Source: Octopus vulgaris
Lineage: Eukaryota
Direction: 5' to 3'
DNA length: 64,000 nt
Assembly (NCBI GenBank): GCA_951406725.2
Contig: OX597815.1
Span: forward strand, 83,576,001 to 83,640,000
Shown: positions 55,898-64,000 of the stretch, one piece after another
How positions within the stretch are numbered: the stretch's first letter is position 1
How the letters are laid out: the number at the start of each line of letters is the position of its first letter
Position numbers and translations under genes: made by a program
Notes under the pieces: model-generated
Database searches by the model: none
What the model was told of the DNA's origin: nothing
Seen by the model: the letters and a program-made list of their open reading frames with translations, nothing else

Positions 55898-55942
55898 CAC
55901 ACGCTGATGACGGGTCAATAACCAGAAACTCGGGTACGTGTG
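55898..55942 (+). ncRNA. Type I hammerhead ribozyme (GUA triplet)
   Basis: Stem I cacacg/cgtgtg; CTGATGA; short stem II ggt/acc; GAAAC-tcgg-GTA; lies ~20 nt from a (TA)n tract. Confidence 0.8.
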
Positions 55943-56540
55943 TAACACGTCAGGTTGGAAATAGGAAGGATGGCTTCACTTTGCAAATACTGATAGGGGA
56001 CAGAAAGTATGTCAATAGCAAGTGTGTCCCAGCATGGCCACAATCAAATGATTGAAACAAGTAAGAGATAAAAGATTTTAAAAAAGACCTCTTTGTGTGT
56101 ATGTGTGTGTGCGTTAGACGTTTCACCTTTGTGAATTCCTTTTTATCGGTTGTATGCAGAATGTTTCCGACGTAGAACACGTGGCTGACTTTCTTTTCTA
56201 GTATTTTTGTTCCTTTATATAAATGTGACGCAGTCCAATTCTTTTTTATGATACTTCTCGGATTAAGTAAACTCGCATAGAGAAGCCTGATGTATAGTTG
56301 GTTTTGGGTTGTGTCAACTTCTGATGTGTCACTAGTGTTACAGCCTATTGTGCTGTAACCCGTGTCACACATTATCTTCTCAAAAGAAAATAACTAAATG
56401 AAATAAAATCACGTATTATAACTTCTTGGACACTCAGAATATTTGCATGGGTCTATTACGTATAAGAAGTGGTCCTACTCGCTTACGAGTTGAATACCCA
56501 ATTGTGTGTATGTATATAATTATGTATGTATGTGTGTATA

Positions 56541-56709
56541 CAGGGAGGGCTGGCCCTATTGTTGCTGGCGCCCCGGGGAAGCTGATCTTCGGTGTGTACA
56601 AGCTGACGGCCGTGGAAATTTCCTTGTCTTTGTCACGCCCTCCTTCGCGCCCTCTGACTCATGGCGCCCCGGGGACAGCCCAAGTTTCCGGTACCTTGAG
56701 CCGGCCCTG
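56541..56709. mobile_element. GC-rich hAT-like MITE in (ATGT)n
   Basis: Termini caggg(agg)gctggccc / gagccggccctg; internal direct repeat tggcgccccgggga twice. Confidence 0.65.
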
Positions 56710-57651
56710 TATGTATGTATGTATGTATGTATGTATGCATGTATGTATGTGTGTATGTATGTATGTACGTATGTATGTATGTATGTATGTATGTATGTAT
56801 GTGTGTGTATGTATGTATGTATGTATGTATGTGTATATGCATGTATGTATGTATGTGTGTGTATGTGTGTATGTGTGTGCATGTTTATATGTATGTATGT
56901 AAGTATGCATGCATGCATGTATGTATGTATGTATGTATGTATGCATGTATGCATGAAGGAAAGACAGTATGTCCGTCTATATGTATTTGTCGTATGCAGA
57001 TGACAAAATTTTCTATCATTCCAAAACATAATGCTCGAAATTGATTATTTTATTGAGTACTATCGTAGCTACCTGCTTCAGATATCATTTATCATCGCAT
57101 TTTGACGAACACCTATATCGATATAGATATAAGTATTTGTTTATGTGTTTGGGTGCGTGTGCGCATGGATGACTGGTGATACGCAATGTTTAATTTCATC
57201 AAATTTCATATTATAGAAATAAAAATGAACTTACCATATACATAGCGACCTATAGAAAAATATTTTTTCAAATATTAACCATAAACACAAAAGAAACAGG
57301 AGCGCATATTGATGCAACAATACGCACCATAAACACACACACGTAGACAAACAGACAAATCCACACAATACTTTAGAGATAGATATATATTAATGACTGT
57401 GTATATGTGTATTATACATATAAGTTTGTGCCTAATATATATACGTATATATATGTGTATATACATACATATGTATATATATATATATGTGTGTGTGTGT
57501 GTATATATATATATTTATATATATTTATATATATATATATATAAGTGTATACATCATATATATATGACATTTATACATTTTTATACACACACACATATAA
57601 ATATATATATATATATACGTTTTAATATATACATATATATGTATATACATC

Positions 57652-57701
<50 letters not shown>

Positions 57702-58209
57702 ATATGTATGCATGATGTATCCTCTCAAGTCTCTACACAACAACAACACAGTGTTTGAAGTTTATACGCTATTGCCTTGTGAAACCTAGAAAGATAAGGC
57801 CGAGTTTTAATATCAAAAGAAACTGCAATATATTTCTAGAATGATATGAAATATTCTAGCTTCACCTATCAGTTCTGACATCAAGAACGATGCTTTTGAT
57901 ATTATTTCACTTTTGTTCTGATATCTTTTCTTCTGTGAAAATACTCGCATAGTTAATATTCCACACACAAAAGAGAAAATGGATGTTCTCGAGAAGACAT
58001 CAGCAATGCAAAAATTATTCATATATATACATATATAAACATATTTATGTATGTATGTATATATGTATATTTATGAACATATATATATAATACATGCATA
58101 CACACATATATATATATATATATATACATATATATATACACACATACGTACGTATATACATGCTTATACATATATATGTGTATGTACATATGTGCACACA
58201 CACATACAA

Positions 58210-58265
<56 letters not shown>

Positions 58266-58577
58266 AGTATGTATAGGCTACTTGTGGATACGTTATATAT
58301 GTAGATATATATGCATGTATATGTTTAAATGTGTCTAAGTGAGTTATCAAATTTTGATTTGACACTTCTGTGAAAGTTTGTTGCTTTTATAAAAATAAGC
58401 ATATCAATGTGTCACACTTCAATATAAGGATTGACATATACACACATTGAAATTATATAAGCATGTGTGTGAATCCTGTTTGTGCTCATTTACATATAGA
58501 TAGATGTGTATATAAATATTCATAAATATAGATATTGGCATACTTATGGTTCTGTATGTGAGTTAGTTGACTGTTTC

Positions 58578-58612
<35 letters not shown>

Positions 58613-58628
58613 TACATACATACATACA

Positions 58629-58694
<66 letters not shown>

Positions 58695-59001
58695 CATATA
58701 TATATATATAGTCCCTGCGCCACGAATTCCATTCACACACCAACTGAAGCACACCCACACATATAGATACATATATATAAGACTAATAGTGAGTTGTAAC
58801 TGGAGTAGAGCCTAGAGCCATAGATGAACTATAACCTTCGCCCCTGCCACAAGAACAAGCGGAGTTCTTTGCTAATCTAGACAATATCGTTAACGTCGTG
58901 TGATAACAGAACTCATAATGTATTTTACCCGGATTAATAATCTTTCACTAATAACTCTCTCTCTGTTTCCCGTCTCTCTCTTTCTCCCCCTCTCTCCCTC
59001 T

Positions 59002-59044
<43 letters not shown>

Positions 59045-59192
59045 TATTATATTAAATTAGAGAGATAAAACCACTATTAGGCAAATCAAACAATGAAAAA
59101 CTTAAGCCAATACATAAAATTAATTAATTTATATTATTTTATATATATATCAAAATTATTAAAAGTTTAATAAAATATATATATACAGATAT

Positions 59193-59261
<69 letters not shown>

Positions 59262-59464
59262 TATATGTACATATATATAATTCACCTTCTGCATTTGTCT
59301 AATGCATATGTAGAAGCACACTCATGTATCTGTAAAGAATTTCTTAGAACTTTTTATTTATGCAAAGAGTTTTTTACCGCTCCTTCGGAGACGGGTGCTT
59401 GCATCTGAGTTCATTTGTGGATTCTGATGTGGTATGCTTACAGATGTATGATTAACAGCGTCCC

Positions 59465-59790
59465 TCAAATTCCGCCGAAGTCGACTTTACTATTCATCTT
59501 TTCGGAGTGAATAAAATAAGTAGTCGTTGAGTACTGAGGTCGATGTAATTGATTTAGTCCCATCCTGAAATTATTGACCTTATGCCAAAATTTGAAATCA
59601 CTATTATGAATAGCACTGAGGTGGCGAGCTGGTAGAATCGTTGGCACGCCGGGAAATTGCTGATCGGTATTTCACCGAGGTCGTCTTTGCTTTCCAGAAA
59701 ATAAGCACCGGCTGAACAGTGGAGTCGATATAATCGACTTACTCCCTCGTCCCAAACTGGTAACCTTGTGCCAAAATTTGTAACCAATAT
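59465..59790 (+). mobile_element. Two adjacent tRNA-derived SINE copies
   Basis: Reverse complement of the family at 25820-26250 (caaattccgccgaagtcgacttt; ggcgagctggtagaatcgtt head). Confidence 0.8.
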
Positions 59791-59829
59791 TATGCATAGC
59801 ACTAGTTTGCCTAACGGTAATTGCAAACT

Positions 59830-60420
59830 ACTTTTGTTGTTCTTTGTTAGCCCAAGCACGATTTGGGACAAGACAAAAATCCTTCATAAATTTAAAAATT
59901 GTCTCTACTAGTGATTTCTTTCTTGTTGAGATGCCAGTTAATAGAGCGGCAAACAAACTTTTAATTCTGTTTCAATTCCTCATCATTGATAGGACACACA
60001 TTTTATCATTGCAGAGTGAGTGAAAGAATTATTTCTCTTTCCTCTTTACATGTAGTACCTCACTTTCCACGATCCTCACGATGAAGAAGACACCATTAAG
60101 GTAAGATCATTTCACTGCTTTCCAGTCAGACAATATACTACTTCAGGGGCAAGAACAATATTAGATATAGGAGATCAGCTATAACCATTAATATGTTGCA
60201 TATTTGTAGTACTATCACTGGTAAGAAGAGTGCACATTTTGGCATTTCATTGTCACTGCTTTTGCTTGATGCTACAAACACTGTAAAAATTCCTTCTGTG
60301 ATGTACTTCACAAATGGAAATAAAAAACATGGGATATATGCTAGCAGTCCTCTTAAATAATCCATTAACTCTTGACAGTGAGGTTCGTACGGTTGTTGTG
60401 ACTGGTATTGCTGTTTAGCT
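59830..60420 (-). pseudogene. Possible Academ-like (XPG/PIN domain) transposase relic
   Basis: Eroded motifs YCLTG..ND, HREDRGK and ELKQN*KFVCRS resemble HAxTGxD..SxFxGRGK and ExFVCxLY. Confidence 0.25.
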
Positions 60421-60659
60421 CCAGGTTATCCCAAATAAAAACAGACTTAGATTTAAATACTATCCAAGTCATGACGTTACGTCTTTTTCAGGATGAATTG
60501 AACTGTTGTCCCAGAATTCTTCTTCAGTGTTTAATAGAGTCATTTCCCCCAAAAGATTTGCTGCATTTTAGTATGTCGAATGATCATGAAGAAATTCCTT
60601 GCTTTTGAGCGTTTACTTTTTCTTTTGTTGTATTATGGGCTTTTTTTTTTATCCTGTGT

Positions 60660-60960
60660 GCTAATGTTTAATTCTCGAACGGCTTGTTTGACATTGACGT
60701 TGTGTGAAAACTTTGCTGAGAAACATTACCTTTGCTAGATTATCTTCAACTGTCATCATCAATCCGAATCAGTTAGGATCAATCTTTTGCGTTTAGGTAG
60801 AACGACAGCCATCGTCAAAATTAAGGTTTGTGTTCGTCATCTCCGTACAGATTATTGATTCCGATACTGTCAGAATTTTTCAAGATAAAAATGAAAAACC
60901 CTGCCTGGCACTCCAATTTATCATGCATCCATTTCAGAATGGGAAAAACATATTGTGATC
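60660..60960 (-). pseudogene. Mariner transposase N-terminal relic
   Basis: LECQAGFFIF..KNS...INNLYGD and a DDD..LK-like segment. Confidence 0.45.
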
Positions 60961-61119
60961 GAGTGAGCAATCACTGTGTGTGCCCTTAAAAACAGATAGT
61001 TTGGAGAAAACTACTTAATCAGGTACTTAGACGATAGTAAAATATTTGAATCTACGGTTTGGGGTGGAATATATTTATATACCAGATGGTGCTAAAATAT
61101 TGCTGGCTTTAATAATATC

Positions 61120-61274
61120 GCAAAAGGCCTGGTTGGAAGCCCAGGCTTCCGAGTTCTGTTGCAAGGCAATAAGTGTGTGAATCTGAGATGCAAATATGTT
61201 CAATAAAATCATAATTGTTTGATCCTCCTGCATTCTCATTTACCCAACGCCAGGAACTTTCCAGCACACCTCAT
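61120..61274 (+). mobile_element. Mariner 3' end with TIR
   Basis: KCVNLRCKYVQ* (KCVxLxGxYVE*-like), then gccaggaactttccagcacacctca|TA. Confidence 0.65.
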
Positions 61275-61466
61275 ATATTCTGGAGAATTGTGGAAGTTAC
61301 CTTTGGATTTAAATCATCAACAATTAAAAATAGTGATTATCTGTAATACGCATTTTTCGAGAAATTTAGATATGTAGAAATAACCATGCAATCCATATGC
61401 ATTTATATACTGTGTGTATAGGTATAAAAATATGTATACATAAATATATATACACACACACACATA

Positions 61467-61503
<37 letters not shown>

Positions 61504-62228
61504 ATTATCTGCATATTTATGCGTGGGTGTGTGTTTGTGTGTATACTTATATATCTATCTATATATATATATATATAAGCATGTATACATATATTTATAT
61601 GATACATTAACATATACACATATACATATACGTACATATAAAACCTACCGGCGCAATTGTATATATGTGCGTAGGTTATGTGCATATGTACGTGCTTGCA
61701 TACATAACTATATATGCAAGTATGTTGTAATTCAGCAAACGGAGACAAGATACAAAAAATATACTCTGTGAAAAGTCCTTCTGGCATAATGGATAACCGC
61801 AGAATTCTTGGATCCATTGTTGATAAGTATTGATTTTAAATACAAGCTGATTAACAATACCAACCCCACCATATAATGTGTGCCATTGAGCAAAAAGTGT
61901 TTTGTTACAAATACATTAATATCATCATTTTTTTTTATTTGTTAATTTTATTCAGATGCGAGCGAAACTATTGAACATATTGTTTCCGTTTGTTGCTAAC
62001 CGATAAAAAGGAGGAAATAATAGAATTCGACAGCTTAGGCAGTTAAGAAACGGGCCAAATATTTAGTACTTTCAAGTCTGTCACTTTAGCAAAGCAGCAC
62101 TGCATGCTTGGATTGCTGTATGCCAGACGTTAAGGTATAACATATGTGTCTACACACTGAGAGTTATATCATATTATTTCGCAATACATACTTACATATA
62201 AACATACATACATACTTACATACATACA

Positions 62229-63126
62229 TGCAATCCAGAAACAGGCAATATCAACCAAATACTCGGTGCACAAACGGGATATAGATGCAGGAAAAGCAGT
62301 AAAATGTGACAATCGATGCAAACTTTGTGGAATTAACACCGGAGATATGACCCACATCATAAGCAGTTGTCCGAAAATGTCATTACGATATTATCTACCA
62401 ATGAGATATGATGTTGTAGCAAGGGCAATCTATAATGAAATCAGTCGAAAGGATAACCCCGAGTACAAAGAAATACGGACCCACAGTATTGTAGAAGCCA
62501 TAGCCACTCATAATAAAAAAGGACTGGTGGAATGTCCAAGTGATGACCTCAATAAAATGTAAGCACAAAAGTCCTGATATAATGATTTGGGATAGAGAAG
62601 AGAAACTATGAACAGTTGGAGAAATCAGTTGCCCAGCGGATGTTAACATAAATTTGGAGATCAGTGGAAAATAGAATATCTACGTTGAACTACTGGGAAA
62701 TCTGCAGCTACTCTATCCAGATTATAACTTCGGGTTTATACCTGAAATTATTGGGTCCCTGGGATATGTAACACACTCTGGAGAAATCAGGCGTCTCAAA
62801 ACCAGAAAGGAGAAAGCTAATTTAGAGACTACAGATACAATCCATCACTGGAACTGTAAAAATCTGTAAAACTTTCCAGAAGTTTATCATTTAAATATAT
62901 ATGAGCATGTCTAGATATGCAGCAATATGCAAGAGAATATATACATAAAACAAAATAAATCTTCACATATATGCATACATACATACATATATACATACAT
63001 TCATACACACAAACTAGTATACCCTGTTGTTGATGTTAAAATTCCAATGAAGGAGCCTTGGAACTTGGTTAGAAACCGGCTCTTTCTCTATTCACAAGAA
63101 ATCTTGAAATAAAACTCAGCAATGAC
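62229..63126 (+). mobile_element. R4/Dong-like RLE retrotransposon, 5'-truncated copy flanked by (CATA)n
   Basis: CKLCGINTGDMTHIISSCPKMSLRYYLPMRYDVV and PDIMIWDREEKL*TVGEISCPAD; 3' UTR motif ggagccttg...gaaaccggctc shared with the 30280-31790 copy. Confidence 0.88.
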
Positions 63127-63546
63127 ATGCATACATACATACATGCATATATACAGCTGTAGATACAGAAGAGACACAAACACACACACACACACAAACA
63201 CGCATGCGCACACGCACACGCACACCCACACATATATAAATATAGACTGTTTTATCATGAAAATTTGTAGGTATTTGACACCTATTTCTAGCGCAGGCGG
63301 CTGATCTTTCCAATAGCCCTAATTTTAATTATATTTTATTTTATAATCACACACTTGAAAAACTAATTTTACCTATACCTTCATTTTTATGCGCTACACT
63401 AGGCCACTGATATAATCATTTTGATTAGAGTCTTATCTTATGTATGTATATATATATGAACCATTATATATATATATATATATATATATTGTGAAATAGA
63501 AAGATGAATAATCTTGTTGCAGATTAATCAAAAGTTTAACCGATAC

Positions 63547-63635
63547 CTTGGTAGCAAAAATCACAGCCTCGTTCGATTTGTTTTGCTCCGCCTCTGTTCT
63601 GTTTTTGTTTTTTCCAACGGATTTCCTATTTCTTC
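63547..63635 (-). other. Candidate exon (89 nt)
   Basis: Acceptor tgtgtctttctcttcAG, donor aag|GTATCG, one open frame RNRKSVGKNKNRTEAEQNKSNEAVIFATK. Confidence 0.25.
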
Positions 63636-63769
63636 CTGAAGAGAAAGACACAATATGGTCTCCTTATTCAATCGGAATTTGGTACATTGTGCCTTTCGAA
63701 ACACGTGTAGAATGCAATAAAACGATTTCTGTTCAATCTTCGTTCAACTCCATTTCTTCAATTCACTAA

Positions 63770-63819
<50 letters not shown>

Positions 63820-63823
<4 letters not shown>

Positions 63824-64000
63824 GTCCTCCCATAGATAATTCGATCTTTTCAATTGCATGAACTAGAATTCTGAAGGGGGACAGGATAAACTACTTATAT
63901 CAACTTACTATAAAAGCAGGTAGTAACAATACCTTGTCCCTATTCTTAGCGCAATATTTGTAGAGTGCAGTTCGATTTTACAATGCTATAATAGAAGTGA
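63820..64000 (+). mobile_element. Probable mariner terminal region (runs off the window)
   Basis: (TA)n followed by a ttgggtcctccatagataatt TIR-like start. Confidence 0.5.

Noticed and set aside
60138-60365. Hydrophobic ORF resembling GPCR TM1-TM2 (IADLLYL)
   Set aside because: No downstream TM3-TM7 signature; the region fits a transposase relic about as well, so no GPCR call is made.

Overview
AT-rich, microsatellite-saturated eukaryotic DNA. The SINE, mariner and LINE complement and the density of (TA)n/(CA)n/(CATA)n/(GATA)n tracts suggest an octopus/coleoid cephalopod genome (inference). I found no intact protein-coding gene, and nearly all listed ORFs are microsatellite artefacts. Recognisable elements: tRNA-derived SINEs, a decayed Neptune-type Penelope element (RT + GIY-YIG) with an inverted terminal copy, Naiad-like Penelope relics, two R4/Dong-like RLE retrotransposon 3' parts next to (CATA)n, CR1/L2-group LINE pieces, mariner/maT relics and MITEs, Helitron ends, and a possible LRR-GPCR pseudogene. 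The strongest signal is at the RNA level. Five type I hammerhead ribozyme motifs with intact cores sit in apparently unrelated small (TA)n-associated elements. One lies in a 399-nt non-coding unit with a 148-nt terminal redundancy, which resembles a retrozyme/circular RNA. There is also a recurrent CUGUUGA-core hammerhead variant in Penelope termini and a decayed HDV-like ribozyme at the 5' end of a non-autonomous RTE-like element. All structures were folded by eye; activity is untested.
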